Part shown: one piece after another, positions 1-11,078 of the stretch | Layout of the letters: each line of letters begins with the position of its first letter | How positions within the stretch are numbered: the stretch's first letter is position 1 | From: Tubiluchus corallicola | Taxonomy: Eukaryota; Animalia; Priapulida | Length of the DNA: 64,000 bases | Assembly (NCBI GenBank): GCA_030141605.1 | Contig: JAQGDQ010000440.1 | Location: 133,146-197,145, forward strand | Reading direction: 5' to 3' | Made by a program: the position numbers and the translations under genes | The notes under the pieces: generated by a model | The model's database searches: none | What the model saw: only the letters and a program-made list of their open reading frames with translations | What the model was told of the DNA's origin: nothing

Positions 1-2
1 CA

Positions 3-1409
3 CGAAGGAAATTTTTGAAGTCTCACAGTACTGAATTCAGACATATAGTAGTGGAAATACAGCGGATATCACTCGCAAACCCAGATATATCTTTTTCCCT
101 GCTCAATAACGGTACACCTGTTTACGTCTTGCCAAAAGGTAATGTAAAACAGCGAATCGTATCTCTTTTTGGGAAAAAAATCAATCATAGCCTAATGCCT
201 TTACGAACAGACACAACCGTTGTAAAGGTGTCGGGGTACATAGGTGATCCTAAATTTGCAAAAAAGACTTTTGGAGAGCAGTTTTTCTTTGTAAACGGGC
301 GCTTCATAAAACACCCCTATTTCCACAGAGCAATAATTCAGACATACGGCAAAACACTCCCTGCGGGGTTACTCCCTTCATACTTTGTGTGGCTAAATGT
401 TGACCCCGCTAATATTGATATAAATATCCATCCTACAAAAACAGAGATAAAATTTGAAGATGAGCAATCCATGTGGAGGATTATCAGCGCCTGCGTGCAA
501 GAAGCACTGGGAAAGTTTAATGTTGTCCCCTCCATTGAATTTGACCAAGCAGGTGCAGTCGATATCCCTTTACCGCCTTCAACAGGTACTACAATCCCTG
601 AGCCCAAAATAGCTGTTAACCCCGGATATAACCCTTTTGAAAGAGAAAATAAACCTGTCGACTATACGGCAAAAAGTAGCTGGAATAAAAGGGATCCCAA
701 CCTTAATAACTGGGAAAAACTTTATGAAGGGTTTGACAAGCAAACTGCCACCACAAAGAGAGACAGCACCGACCAGAAAAATGATAGCGATGAGACAAAT
801 TCTATATGGCAGCAGGCACCAGATGCTCAGAAAGAGACAAGTATTGATAGATACAACTTTTTACAGGTAAAAAACAGATATATTCTCACTCCTGTAAAAT
901 CTGGGGTTATGATTATTGATCAAAGAAGAGCACATAAAAGAATCCTTTTCGAACACTTTACAAAGATTATCAATAGTGGGCACAATGCAGGCCAGCACCA
1001 ACTAATCCCCCAGGAAATAGAGGTAAATGCATCTGACGAAATAGTACTGAGTGAGATCATGGACAGTCTTAATGCAGTAGGGTTTGAGCTAAGAAAAGCA
1101 AAAGATGGCGTTTACTACATTGATGCAATACCCTCTTCCCTAAATCAGCTCAACGGAAAAGAGCTAATAGAGAGTACAATCGAAAACTTCAAAACTTGCC
1201 CTGTAGATATTAAAGAGGAGGTTAATGAGCAGATAGCATACGCGCTTGCAAAATCTTCAGCAATAAATTACGGAACACACCTAGGCATGGAAGAGATCGT
1301 TGAATTATTTGACAGCCTGTTTGCATGCCATATGCCAAGCACTACTCCATCTGGCAAGCCTGTGTTAACAATAATCTCCACAAAAGATCTGGGGAAAATA
1401 TTAAAATGA
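3..1409 (+). CDS. mutL: DNA mismatch repair protein MutL (5' part lies outside the window)
   Basis: Frame is open from the window edge (RRKFLKS). Contains QFFFVNGR and DINIHPTKTEIKF, plus a C-terminal MutL_C-like domain (IIDQRRAHKRILFE ... PSGKP). Confidence 0.95.
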   Translation, partial: RRKFLKSHSTEFRHIVVEIQRISLANPDISFSLLNNGTPVYVLPKGNVKQRIVSLFGKKINHSLMPLRTDTTVVKVSGYIGDPKFAKKTFGEQFFFVNGRFIKHPYFHRAIIQTYGKTLPAGLLPSYFVWLNVDPANIDINIHPTKTEIKFEDEQSMWRIISACVQEALGKFNVVPSIEFDQAGAVDIPLPPSTGTTIPEPKIAVNPGYNPFERENKPVDYTAKSSWNKRDPNLNNWEKLYEGFDKQTATTKRDSTDQKNDSDETNSIWQQAPDAQKETSIDRYNFLQVKNRYILTPVKSGVMIIDQRRAHKRILFEHFTKIINSGHNAGQHQLIPQEIEVNASDEIVLSEIMDSLNAVGFELRKAKDGVYYIDAIPSSLNQLNGKELIESTIENFKTCPVDIKEEVNEQIAYALAKSSAINYGTHLGMEEIVELFDSLFACHMPSTTPSGKPVLTIISTKDLGKILK

Positions 1410-1440
1410 TAACTAAAGCCAAACTATTCACTATTTTGGT

Positions 1441-1448
1441 TACTTTTG
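1441..1448 (+). promoter_or_regulatory. Bacteroidota sigma-A -7 element (TAnnTTTG)
   Basis: TACTTTTG about 22 nt upstream of the ATG at 1471. Confidence 0.5.
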
Positions 1449-1470
1449 GAGCAATTTTTGACAATATAAT

Positions 1471-2289
1471 ATGACACAATACAGGCCACTATCCTCCATC
1501 CCTCCGGTAGTAAAAAATCTTATTCTTATCAATATATTAATGCTGGTTGCTATCTGGGCTCTCAATTCCACAGGTGCTAACATCGAAAAAAAACTGGCGC
1601 TATTCTACCCCGGGTCTGATGACTTTCGCCCATATCAGTTTATTACTCACATGTTTGTTCACGCCGGGATCTTTCATCTCTTTTTCAATATGTTTGCCCT
1701 ATACATGTTTGGCCGCATCCTAGAGTCGGTATGGGGGCCAAAAAGATTCCTGTCCTATTACCTGATAACAGGACTTGGAGCTGCTGCATTGCACATATTT
1801 GTACGCTACCTGGAAATATCGTCAATACAGCAAGCTGTTACAGCTTTTTCTAACACCCCTACCCCCGAACTGTTTAGAGGGCTGGTAAGTAAGCACTTTA
1901 CCGGAATGTTTAACAGAAGTGAAGTTTATGAATTTATCAATAAATGGGAAGAGGTGCCCTCTTCTAGTATATACATAGAAAATGCAAAAGAGCTTGCAAA
2001 CTACGCGCTGGCAAGCAAAATCAATATCCCAAGTGTTGGAGCTTCAGGCGCTGTTTATGGGATATTGCTAGCTTTTGGAGTGCTATTCCCAAACACACAA
2101 CTTATGCTAATATTTCCGCCTATTCCAATAAAAGCTAAATACGCCGTTTTTATTTATGGAGCAATAGAATTATTTTGGGGAGTGACAAAAACAGGAAGTA
2201 ATATTGCTCATTTTGCTCACCTGGGTGGAATGGTTTTTGGATATATATTAATAATGTATTGGAGAAAAAACTCAAATAGCTTTTATTAA
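1471..2289 (+). CDS. Rhomboid family intramembrane serine protease
   Basis: HLFFNM, GASGA (catalytic Ser) and AHFAHLGG (catalytic His); multiple hydrophobic segments. Confidence 0.93.
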   Translation: MTQYRPLSSIPPVVKNLILINILMLVAIWALNSTGANIEKKLALFYPGSDDFRPYQFITHMFVHAGIFHLFFNMFALYMFGRILESVWGPKRFLSYYLITGLGAAALHIFVRYLEISSIQQAVTAFSNTPTPELFRGLVSKHFTGMFNRSEVYEFINKWEEVPSSSIYIENAKELANYALASKINIPSVGASGAVYGILLAFGVLFPNTQLMLIFPPIPIKAKYAVFIYGAIELFWGVTKTGSNIAHFAHLGGMVFGYILIMYWRKNSNSFY

Positions 2290-2290
2290 T

Positions 2291-3208
2291 ATGAGTATTA
2301 TTGAGGAAATAAAACATTCGTTTAAAAACGGATCATATCTTATAAAACTTATCTACATAAACATCACTGCGTGGATATGCATTTGTGCCATCTATCTGCT
2401 ACTGTTCCTCTTTGGCTCTAAAAGTAGCTCCTTCTTGAACTATGGAACACTTCCTGCTTCATTTGACCTGTTCTTGCAGAAACCATGGTCAATAATCACA
2501 TACATGTTTCTTCATTTTGAGTTCCTCCACCTGCTCTTTAATATGCTATGGCTATACTGGTTTGGCCGCATTTTCCTTGAGTATCACGATCAACGCAAAC
2601 TGCTCAGCATATACCTTCTGGGAGGCATTGTCGGAGGCGCTTTCTTTATGTTATCATACAACTTTTTTCCTGCCTTCCAAAAAGAGATAGAACTAACAAC
2701 CCTGCTGGGAGCTTCAGCGTCAGTTGTAGCCATTGTCATAGCTACCTCTGTCTACGTTCCCAACCGTGCAATACATTTGATACTTATAGGCCCGGTAAAA
2801 ATAAAATGGATCGCTACCCTGTCCATAGTAATCTACTTCCTAGGCTTGTCGGGTGGCAATGCAGGAGGACACTTTGCGCATTTGGGGGGAGCTTTTTGGG
2901 GATGGCTCTACATGTCAAGATTGCTAAAAGGCAAAGATCTTGCGCATGGATTTAGCAACTTCCTCGACAAATTTTTCATATGGTTCAAACCACGTGAAAA
3001 GTTAAATATTAAATATGGAGGGAAAGGCAAAACAGGTAAGAAAAAAACTGGCTACGAGACAAAAAATATCGATTATGAATATATCAAAAACAAAAGGTTA
3101 CATCAAGAAGAAATAAACAAGATACTGGAAAAAATAAGTAAGTCAGGCTATGATAGCCTAACGCAAAAAGAAAAAGAGATGCTCTTTAAAATAGGGAAAA
3201 AACATTAG
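2291..3208 (+). CDS. Rhomboid family protease with C-terminal DUF6576-like tail
   Basis: HLLFNM, GASAS, GGHFAHLGG; tail ILEKISKSGYDSLTQKEKEMLF. Confidence 0.9.
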   Translation: MSIIEEIKHSFKNGSYLIKLIYINITAWICICAIYLLLFLFGSKSSSFLNYGTLPASFDLFLQKPWSIITYMFLHFEFLHLLFNMLWLYWFGRIFLEYHDQRKLLSIYLLGGIVGGAFFMLSYNFFPAFQKEIELTTLLGASASVVAIVIATSVYVPNRAIHLILIGPVKIKWIATLSIVIYFLGLSGGNAGGHFAHLGGAFWGWLYMSRLLKGKDLAHGFSNFLDKFFIWFKPREKLNIKYGGKGKTGKKKTGYETKNIDYEYIKNKRLHQEEINKILEKISKSGYDSLTQKEKEMLFKIGKKH

Positions 3209-3427
3209 ACTTAACTACCCCTTCAGACCCAAAAGCCTGTTTAAACCCGAAAAGATCAGGAAGCAGCCCAAACGCTAAACTTTCTGCCTCTCAATCCTAC
3301 ACCATAGATCAAAACGACCATACACCTATGCTTAATATTGCTCTTCTTCAGCACCAAATCAATTTAGATTATACACAACCTAGTAAAACCGATACAAAAC
3401 AGCTTTATTGAGCGATTTTACATCCCT

Positions 3428-3896
3428 CCAGCTCACTATCACAAACCAGAGTACTAGCCCGGGAATTAAACTGCAAGGATTACTGTATCCTCCGTGCAAA
3501 ACCTTGCAGGTTATGGTAGGAAAATCGCCAAGCCAAAACCAGACAAACCTTACAAACTCTGTAAAACAGAAAAAACTGCCCTTAAAGGGTTTTGATAGAA
3601 AAATAGCAAAAGGTGAAGCGAAAAAACCTTCTCTCTGCTTGAGCTTTTTTAAAGGCGAATTTGGGGGAAGATATCGAAGCCGTCAGCTCAGTTTTTCATC
3701 AAAAGCACTTACAGCACTTGATTTTTGACTCTTCTTTGTACCAAGAAGACACCACTTCAAAAACACACAACTGTATAATCGTCAATACGAGCTGTACACT
3801 TTTTCTAAGCCTCCAGAGGGACTATATCCCAGATCAAAATATACAATTAGTAAATTTTGATCTCAACAAAAATTAATTCTTAAGGGACAGACGACC
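3428..3896 (+). repeat. Element B copy 1 (degenerate, putative non-autonomous IS-derived repeat)
   Basis: Colinear similarity to 30134-30430 (+) and 56254-56663 (-); ends in TTAAGGGACAG. Confidence 0.75.
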
Positions 3897-4066
3897 ATTT
3901 AATTTAGCGGAGGATCTATAGCATTACTCCTTTTACTCAAAAATATCTTTATTTCTTTACACCTGTAGGCCACGACCATTCACCAAACTCCCCCCTTAAC
4001 TACACATAGCTTTCACCTTATGTAAAACCCTCATGAAAAGCATATTAGAATAATGAACCCCCGTTG

Positions 4067-5323
4067 TTACATCAAGAAGCTCAGGAGTATGCCAGCCCCT
4101 ACTGCCGAACCGATAACACCCGAAACATTTGGAGCCATAGCATGCATCAGTAAGTGGTTAGTAGGATCACTCTTTAGCCCCTCATGCTGTACTACACGAG
4201 CACTGTCAGGAACAGCTGAAACACCAGCAGCACCAATGAGAGGATTAATCTTATTGTCACCTTTAAGGAAGATATTCATAAGACGGGCAAAAAACAGTCC
4301 CCCCGCAGTAGCTACCATGAATGAAAGCGCCCCTAACCCAAATATCTTAAGAGAATTGATCGTCAAAAAATAATCAGCCTGTGTAGATGCACCAACAGTA
4401 ACTCCCAGCAAGATGGTTACAATGTTTATCATTGAATTTCTTGCAGTGTTTGCCAACCTTTCAGTTACACCCGACTCCTTCATAAGGTTTCCAAAAAAGA
4501 GCATCCCCAGCAACGGTATTGCAGATGGTGCAATAAAAGTAGTTAGCAACATCCCAAATATTGGAAAAAGAATCTTCTCTGTCTTCGATACCGACCTTGG
4601 AGGTTTCATTCTTATACAACGATCCTTTTTAGAAATAACAAGCCGCATAATAGGTGGCTGTATAACGGGTACCAAAGCCATATAGGAATATGCAGCAATA
4701 GCTATTGCACCCATCAAATGAGGCGCAAGCTTTGACGATAAAAATATAGCTGTTGGCCCATCAGCACCACCAATAATACCTATTGCACCAGCCTCACCAA
4801 GGCTGAAACCTAAAGCCGACGCACCCAGAAATGTGGCAAATATTCCAATCTGTGCCGCAGCCCCCAAAAACATAAGCTTGGGGTTGGAGATAAGCGATGA
4901 AAAATCAGTCATAGCACCAATACCCAAAAATATAAGAGGAGGGTATATACCCTTTTCCACCCCAAAATAGAGATAGTTCAATACAGAACCCTCTTCATAA
5001 ACACCCAGCTGATAATTTTCCAAAAATGGAATATTGCCCAGTATTATACCTGTCCCTATAGGTACAAGCAATAACGGTTCATAATTGTATTTGATAGCCA
5101 GAAATATAAAAACCAGCCCCACCCCAATCATAATAAAATTGGTGACGTGAGCATTTGCAAATCCAGTAAACTGCCAAAATGTACTTATTCCTTTAATTGC
5201 TGCGCTCCCCTCCGACTCACCTATGGCAGCAGAAACATCCAGGCCTCCAAAAGCCATTTTTACAAACACCGTTACTGCAAAGACACATATTAATATGATA
5301 AACTTCCTCATGGTACTACTCAA
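4067..5323 (-). CDS. mmdB: Na+-translocating decarboxylase beta subunit (methylmalonyl-CoA decarboxylase)
   Basis: GIIGGADGPTAIF, YSYMALVPVIQPP and GAAGVSAVP motifs of the OadB/MmdB family. Confidence 0.93.
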   Translation of the reverse strand: MSSTMRKFIILICVFAVTVFVKMAFGGLDVSAAIGESEGSAAIKGISTFWQFTGFANAHVTNFIMIGVGLVFIFLAIKYNYEPLLLVPIGTGIILGNIPFLENYQLGVYEEGSVLNYLYFGVEKGIYPPLIFLGIGAMTDFSSLISNPKLMFLGAAAQIGIFATFLGASALGFSLGEAGAIGIIGGADGPTAIFLSSKLAPHLMGAIAIAAYSYMALVPVIQPPIMRLVISKKDRCIRMKPPRSVSKTEKILFPIFGMLLTTFIAPSAIPLLGMLFFGNLMKESGVTERLANTARNSMINIVTILLGVTVGASTQADYFLTINSLKIFGLGALSFMVATAGGLFFARLMNIFLKGDNKINPLIGAAGVSAVPDSARVVQHEGLKSDPTNHLLMHAMAPNVSGVIGSAVGAGILLSFLM

Positions 5324-5735
5324 TTTCTATTAGAACATCATCTTGCAATACCGAATCACCAACCGCGACCTTAACAGCTTTCACAACACAATCAGCCTCT
5401 GCCAGCACATTATTCTCCATCTTCATCGCTTCCATCACTAACAGTTTATCACCCTTTGAAACAGCATCACCTTCACTAACAGCAATGCTCATTATCGTTC
5501 CAGATAAAGGAGCCTTAACAGTTGCCTTTACTGCTGTCTTCTCAATCAAACCCTCTCCAGGCTTTTTTGATACTGGTTTGCGCACAAGCTTTGGGGTCTT
5601 TGTCTCTTTTACCTCCTTATGCACCTCCACACTGTATGGGGTACCATTCACCTCTATCTCAGCAATACCGCTCTCAAATTCACTTATCTGAACTTCGTAG
5701 TTATTGCCACTTATAGTGAACTTGAATCTCTTCAT
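5316..5735 (-). CDS. mmdC: Biotin carboxyl carrier subunit
   Basis: EAMKM biotinylation motif; operon context. Confidence 0.9.
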   Translation of the reverse strand: MKRFKFTISGNNYEVQISEFESGIAEIEVNGTPYSVEVHKEVKETKTPKLVRKPVSKKPGEGLIEKTAVKATVKAPLSGTIMSIAVSEGDAVSKGDKLLVMEAMKMENNVLAEADCVVKAVKVAVGDSVLQDDVLIEIE

Positions 5736-5784
5736 CTTTTAAACAATTATGTAATATAGTATACAGAATAATATCCAACCAGCC

Positions 5785-6144
5785 CTATCGTTTAGGCCAA
5801 TTATCATAAACATTATATATTTTTGAACTCCATGGCGCATAACGCTTATGCACATTCTTGATTGTTACAACATTGCTCTCCTCATCATGGTTCTCATTCA
5901 TGTAAAGATAAAGCGCCATTGCTATAGCTGCATTTACATTACCCTCTATACTCAACTCCTTTACACTTATACTCTTCCCCTCCCTCTTCATCTTTTTTCG
6001 AATATTCAAATGCAACAACTTTGGTATCTGCGTAAAGATGATAACCAAAATAGAAAGTGACAATATCACAATACCAAATCCCACTATAGAAACAACATAT
6101 TCAAAATTACTAATTGTGGAAAGCATTACATACAGTATTTTCAT
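5785..6144 (-). CDS. mmdD: OadG/MmdD family small membrane subunit
   Basis: Single TM helix, AAIAMALYLY, PWSSKIY; located between the carboxyltransferase and the biotin carrier. Confidence 0.82.
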   Translation of the reverse strand: MKILYVMLSTISNFEYVVSIVGFGIVILSLSILVIIFTQIPKLLHLNIRKKMKREGKSISVKELSIEGNVNAAIAMALYLYMNENHDEESNVVTIKNVHKRYAPWSSKIYNVYDNWPKR

Positions 6145-6159
6145 AACGACTAGCCTGTT

Positions 6160-7719
6160 TTATAAAGGAATATTAGAATGTTTCTTCGGAGGATTTGAAA
6201 TTTTCTTAGTCGACAGCGCTTGAAGTCCACGTATGATCCTAAAACGAGTGTTTCGTGGCTCTATCACATCATCAATATAACCAAAAGATGCTGCTTGATA
6301 AGGGTTTGCAAAACTTTCATTATACTCCTTTTCACGCTCCGCTATAAACTTTGCCCTCTCTTCCTCATCAGAAATACTCTTTATTTTGCGCCCGTACAGC
6401 ACCTCCACAGCCCCAGGAGCTCCCATAACCGCTATCTCGGCTGTTGGCCAAGCATAATTGAGATCACCCCTCAACTGCTTACACGACATCACATCATGCG
6501 CGCCACCATACGACTTACGCAAAGTTACCGTAATCTTGGGAACAGTAGCCTCTCCATAGGCAAACATCAACTTTGCACCATGGGTAATAATACCGGCATA
6601 CTCTTGCTTAGAGCCGGGAAGAAAGCCAGGTACATCAACCAGTGTAATAATGGGAATATTAAAGCAATCCAGAAAGCGTACAAAACGAGCGGCTTTCCTC
6701 GAAGCATCACAATCAAGCACTCCTGCAAGATAATCAGGCTGATTTGCAACAATACCAACGGGGTAGCCATCAAATTTTGCAAAACCAACCACAATATTTT
6801 TAGCATAATTGCGATGAACTTCTAAAAACTCATTATTATCAACTACGGAATATATAACATCCTTAACGTTATAAGGCGTGTTAGGATTGTCGGGAATAAT
6901 CTCGTTAAGAGCATCTTCCAAACGATCTATAGGATCATCACATGTTGTAGCAGGAGGTTCCTCAAGATTGTTCTGTGGTAAATACTCAAGCATCTTTCGT
7001 ATAAGCAATACGCCCTCGTCCTCGTTTTCAACTAAAAAATGTGCCACTCCAGATTTGCGCGCATGCACCTCACCTCCACCAAGATCCTCCGTTGTTATAT
7101 CCTCGCCCGTAACCATCTTCACAACCTTTGGCCCTGTAACAAACATATAGGAGTTTTTTTCCGTCATCATAGTAAAGTCCGTAAGCGCAGGCGAGTAAAC
7201 AGCACCTCCCGCACAAGGCCCGAAAATTGCAGATATTTGTGGAATAACCCCCGATGCAAGAATATTCCTCTCAAATATCTCGGCGTAACCGGCAAGCGAG
7301 GTAACACCTTCCTGTATACGAGCACCTCCCGAATCATTTATCCCTATTAAAGGAGCTCCGGCATTCATTGCCATGTCCATAACCTTGCATATCTTTCGCG
7401 CAAAAGTTTCAGACAAAGAGCCTCCAAACACAGTAAAATCCTGAGAAAATATAAAAATCAATCTCCCATCAATAGTTCCGCGACCTGTAATTACACCATC
7501 ACCCAAGAACTTCTTCTCCTCCATTTTAAAACTGGTACAACGATGTGTAACAAGCATATCAAACTCTTCAAAGCTTCCTTCATCAAGAAGCAGCTCAATA
7601 CGCTCGCGAGCAGTCAACTTACCTTGTTGATGTTGTTTCTCTATCTTTTCCTCGCCACCACCCTGCTTTGCTGTTGCCCGAAGGCTAATTAACTTGTTTA
7701 TCTTATCCTGGTTGCTCAT
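6160..7719 (-). CDS. mmdA: Methylmalonyl-CoA decarboxylase alpha subunit / acyl-CoA carboxyltransferase
   Basis: [36 protein letters not shown]. Confidence 0.93.
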   Translation of the reverse strand: MSNQDKINKLISLRATAKQGGGEEKIEKQHQQGKLTARERIELLLDEGSFEEFDMLVTHRCTSFKMEEKKFLGDGVITGRGTIDGRLIFIFSQDFTVFGGSLSETFARKICKVMDMAMNAGAPLIGINDSGGARIQEGVTSLAGYAEIFERNILASGVIPQISAIFGPCAGGAVYSPALTDFTMMTEKNSYMFVTGPKVVKMVTGEDITTEDLGGGEVHARKSGVAHFLVENEDEGVLLIRKMLEYLPQNNLEEPPATTCDDPIDRLEDALNEIIPDNPNTPYNVKDVIYSVVDNNEFLEVHRNYAKNIVVGFAKFDGYPVGIVANQPDYLAGVLDCDASRKAARFVRFLDCFNIPIITLVDVPGFLPGSKQEYAGIITHGAKLMFAYGEATVPKITVTLRKSYGGAHDVMSCKQLRGDLNYAWPTAEIAVMGAPGAVEVLYGRKIKSISDEEERAKFIAEREKEYNESFANPYQAASFGYIDDVIEPRNTRFRIIRGLQALSTKKISNPPKKHSNIPL

Positions 7720-7761
7720 CGTGATATTTAATAACTGTAAAATGTATGGATAGTTGCATCG

Positions 7762-8163
7762 CTACTCGCTGCATAGCTCAGTTAATACCCCAAAGGTTGA
7801 CTTAGGATGCAAGAAACCTATGTTCAGTCCCTCCGCACCCTTACGCCCACGCTTATCTATAAGCTGTAACCCACTCTCTTCTGCTTCTAATAGCGCCTTG
7901 TCAACATTATCAACAGCAAAAGCCAAATGGTGAACACCCTCTCCCCTCTTAGCAATAAATTTGCCGACTGGCCCTTCAGGATCAGTTGGCTCCAATAACT
8001 CTATTTTTGTGCTGCCCACTTTGAAAAAAGCCGTTTTTACTTTTTGCTCCGCAACTTCCTCTATAGCATAACACTTAACGCCAAGAAGCTTTTCATAACA
8101 GGGAATTGCCTTATCCAGACTCTTAACTGCTATTCCAACATGTTCAATGTGCGAGGGTTTCAT
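7762..8163 (-). CDS. mce: Methylmalonyl-CoA epimerase
   Basis: IEHVGIAV, KIELLEP, GEGVHHLAF, FLHPKSTFGVLTEL. Confidence 0.95.
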   Translation of the reverse strand: MKPSHIEHVGIAVKSLDKAIPCYEKLLGVKCYAIEEVAEQKVKTAFFKVGSTKIELLEPTDPEGPVGKFIAKRGEGVHHLAFAVDNVDKALLEAEESGLQLIDKRGRKGAEGLNIGFLHPKSTFGVLTELCSE

Positions 8164-8343
8164 AATCTTAACTTGAAAATTTATTTTATAATATTATGTT
8201 CTAACTTTTAATGCACTCTTTTTAATATACACCCTTTATCCTTACTGATATGGAGTTGCAAATGCAAAGAAAATATTACCTGCATCTTTTAGCTCTCACG
8301 CATTCTTCATTAAAAAAAGCTTATTGTCAAAATATTCACACAA

Positions 8344-9648
8344 CTACTTTTTATCCATGTAAAAATGTGGACCAAATCGCTCAAATGCCGCCTTATCCAA
8401 TGATTCTCTATGATCAGGATGGGCAATAGATGTAAGCAATCGAGACCTCTCCTGCAACGTCTTGCCGTAAAGATTTACTTTCCCAAACTCGGTAACCACC
8501 CAGTGTACATTTGCTCGGGTAGTTACAACACCCGACCCTTGAATAAGAGTAGGAGATATCTTTGACACCCCATTGGACGTTACAGATGGAATAGCAATAA
8601 TAGGCTTCCCTTCTCTTGAATGTCCTGCTCCACGTATAAAATCAATCTGCCCCCCAACACCAGAATAGTGTTTGGTGCCTATGGAGTCTGCGCAAACCTG
8701 GCCAGTAATATCAATTGCTAAAGCAGAATTGATAGCCGTTACTTTATCATTACGGCGAATAATATGTACATTATTTGTATGCGCCACATCCATCATAGCT
8801 ACCTGTGGATTATCATCAATAAAGTTATACAACTTCTTCGATCCCATCAAAAATGAGGCAACCATCTTACCCTTATCAATGCTTTTGCGGCTTCCATTCA
8901 CAACACCCTTCTCTACTAATGGCAATATACCATCAGCAAACATCTCAGTATGTACACCCAGGTCTTTATGATTATGCAACTGAGCAAGCACTGCGTTTGG
9001 AATACCCCCAATGCCCATCTGCAAGCATGCCCCATCTTCAACCAGCTCTGCAACGTTCTTCCCTATCTGAATATCCGTTTCCGTAAGTGGAGCTGTATCA
9101 TGCTCATAAAGCGGGGTATCGTCCTCTACAAAAATATCAATCTCCTTGGCAGGTATTATCGCATCACCCCATGCCCGTGGCACGTTAGGATTTACAGCAG
9201 CAATAACAATATCTGAACACTCAACCGCAGCCAAGGTAGAGTCCACTGAGGTTCCCAAGGATACATAACCATGTTTATCAGGGGGAGAGCACATGATCAT
9301 CACCACATTCACCTTTAAATACCCCTCTCGAATAAGCTTCTGAGTCTCACTTAAAAAAACAGGGATGTAATCGGCGTGCCCATCCTGTGTTTGCTTTCTA
9401 AGATTTGCACCCACAAAAAACTGTTCTGAAATAAAAACCCCCGCAAACTCAGGGTTGGCAAACTCAACTTTGCCCTCAATGTGTATATGTTGAATCTTTA
9501 CGTTGCGAATCTCCCCTGCTCGGCCACGCTCAACCATCGGTTTAATCAACTTATGAGGCGTTACAGCCACACTACTTAAATGTACTCGGTCTCCCGACTT
9601 AATAACTTTTACAGCCTCTTCAGTAGTAACATATCTAATAGGCTTCAT
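8344..9648 (-). CDS. Acetyl-CoA hydrolase/CoA-transferase family protein (4-hydroxybutyrate CoA-transferase-like)
   Basis: LQMGIGGIPNAV, HTEMF (catalytic Glu), SGVGGQIDF. Confidence 0.9.
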   Translation of the reverse strand: MKPIRYVTTEEAVKVIKSGDRVHLSSVAVTPHKLIKPMVERGRAGEIRNVKIQHIHIEGKVEFANPEFAGVFISEQFFVGANLRKQTQDGHADYIPVFLSETQKLIREGYLKVNVVMIMCSPPDKHGYVSLGTSVDSTLAAVECSDIVIAAVNPNVPRAWGDAIIPAKEIDIFVEDDTPLYEHDTAPLTETDIQIGKNVAELVEDGACLQMGIGGIPNAVLAQLHNHKDLGVHTEMFADGILPLVEKGVVNGSRKSIDKGKMVASFLMGSKKLYNFIDDNPQVAMMDVAHTNNVHIIRRNDKVTAINSALAIDITGQVCADSIGTKHYSGVGGQIDFIRGAGHSREGKPIIAIPSVTSNGVSKISPTLIQGSGVVTTRANVHWVVTEFGKVNLYGKTLQERSRLLTSIAHPDHRESLDKAAFERFGPHFYMDKK

Positions 9649-9900
9649 TCCTTACACAAAATATTTAAAATAAAGGCCAAAAAATCAACTAGTAGAACTA
9701 ACACTAAACACTATCGTGTCTTTAACTAAAAAATCCACCTTTACAGCCATTTTATCACATAAAAATATTATAACGTTGCAAATGTATAACTATATTGTGG
9801 ATTGAGAAAACTGTTCACTGTAACATTTACGTTATTTTTCTAAAATTTAATATTAAAAAATTGCTCCCTGAACAAAAATGCATAAAAACTGACGCAGCGA

Positions 9901-10038
9901 AGCCTTTGCAAAATGAAATGTTTTAGATTAGATTGAGGAAAAATTCAATAAAAAAACCGCAGCTTGCTAATGTAAATAAGAGTATTGAATAGGACTTAAA
10001 TAAAAATATTAATAAAAAGATGAGTTTTGGCAAAAACC
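9901..10038 (+). repeat. Element A copy
   Basis: AGCCTTTGCAAA ... AAACCGCAG-CTTGC-TAAT-GTAAA ... AATATTAATAAAAAGATGAGTTTTGGCAAAAACC. Confidence 0.85.
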
Positions 10039-10158
10039 CCACAACAGTAGAGCTAACAAAAAATAGTATAAATATACCCAAAGCTCCATTGTTCACATCT
10101 TATACATATGAAAAATTATGAAGAATACTTGAGCTTTCGACTCTTATAGCAGCAACTA

Positions 10159-10917
10159 TCAAATTATAATCATAAAAGCCGATAAAACCGTGATCACAAT
10201 AACAGCCCACCTGTAGGTACGCTCCGGTATCACTTTGACAATTTTCATACCCAGAAGAGCGCCAAGCGCAATTGCCGGAAGAGTGAGCAAATTAATAAGC
10301 AGGGTTGACCTGTTTATAGTTTCCCATACCATTACATGCAAAGGAAATTTTATTATATTAATAATAAAGAAAAGCCACGCCCCTGTGCCAATAAACACAT
10401 TTTTGGGAAGATGTAATGCCAGCAGATAAATAGCAAAAATAGGACCTGCAACGTTACCAATCATTGTTGCAAACCCACCCAGCATACCCATAGAGGCAGT
10501 AAACCACCAACTGTTGGGCAGATGCACTCTGCTTGCAGCGCGATCTTTCCAAATCATCAACCCAACACATGCAAAAACAGTTATAGCAATTATATTTTTA
10601 AACTGCATAGCATTTACCTGCTCTCCAACCCACAGCGCTATTAAGATGCCTATTATTGCCCAGGGCAAGGCTTTTAGCACCTGCTTCCATTCAGCATGCC
10701 TATGGTAGTACTTTACCGCAAATATATCTGCCATAATAAGCACAGGCAAAAGTACCCCCGTAGACTCTTTGCCCCCAAACATTGCTGCAAGAATAGGGAC
10801 CACAATCATTGATATTCCGGGAACGCCAACTTTAGTCATTCCCACCAATATTCCACAGATGGCAATTAAAACCCACTCAGCAACAGATAGTCCCAACAAA
10901 TTAAATAAATCATGCAT
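10159..10917 (-). CDS. TauE/SafE family membrane transporter
   Basis: About 8 TM segments; GMTKVGVPG and GFATMIGNVAGP. Confidence 0.85.
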   Translation of the reverse strand: MHDLFNLLGLSVAEWVLIAICGILVGMTKVGVPGISMIVVPILAAMFGGKESTGVLLPVLIMADIFAVKYYHRHAEWKQVLKALPWAIIGILIALWVGEQVNAMQFKNIIAITVFACVGLMIWKDRAASRVHLPNSWWFTASMGMLGGFATMIGNVAGPIFAIYLLALHLPKNVFIGTGAWLFFIINIIKFPLHVMVWETINRSTLLINLLTLPAIALGALLGMKIVKVIPERTYRWAVIVITVLSAFMIII

Positions 10918-11078
10918 ATAGTTAATAGGAATCTCGTTAAAATAGAATCTTATCTGTTTATACTGTAAAATTCAGTTGTCAAATAGAACCGCACAATACT
11001 CTGCTTCGCAATCCTTAGCTTATAATAATATAATATTAGGCTTGTAACTATTTATTTCATTTGCGCTTATCTCCAAGC

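Noticed and set aside
3408-3876. ORFs 3408-3728 and 3661-3876
   Set aside because: They lie inside element B; the frames are not preserved in the other copies and no protein motif is recognisable.
6220-7350. Long plus-strand ORFs opposite mmdA (and similar antisense ORFs elsewhere)
   Set aside because: Antisense shadows of well-supported genes.
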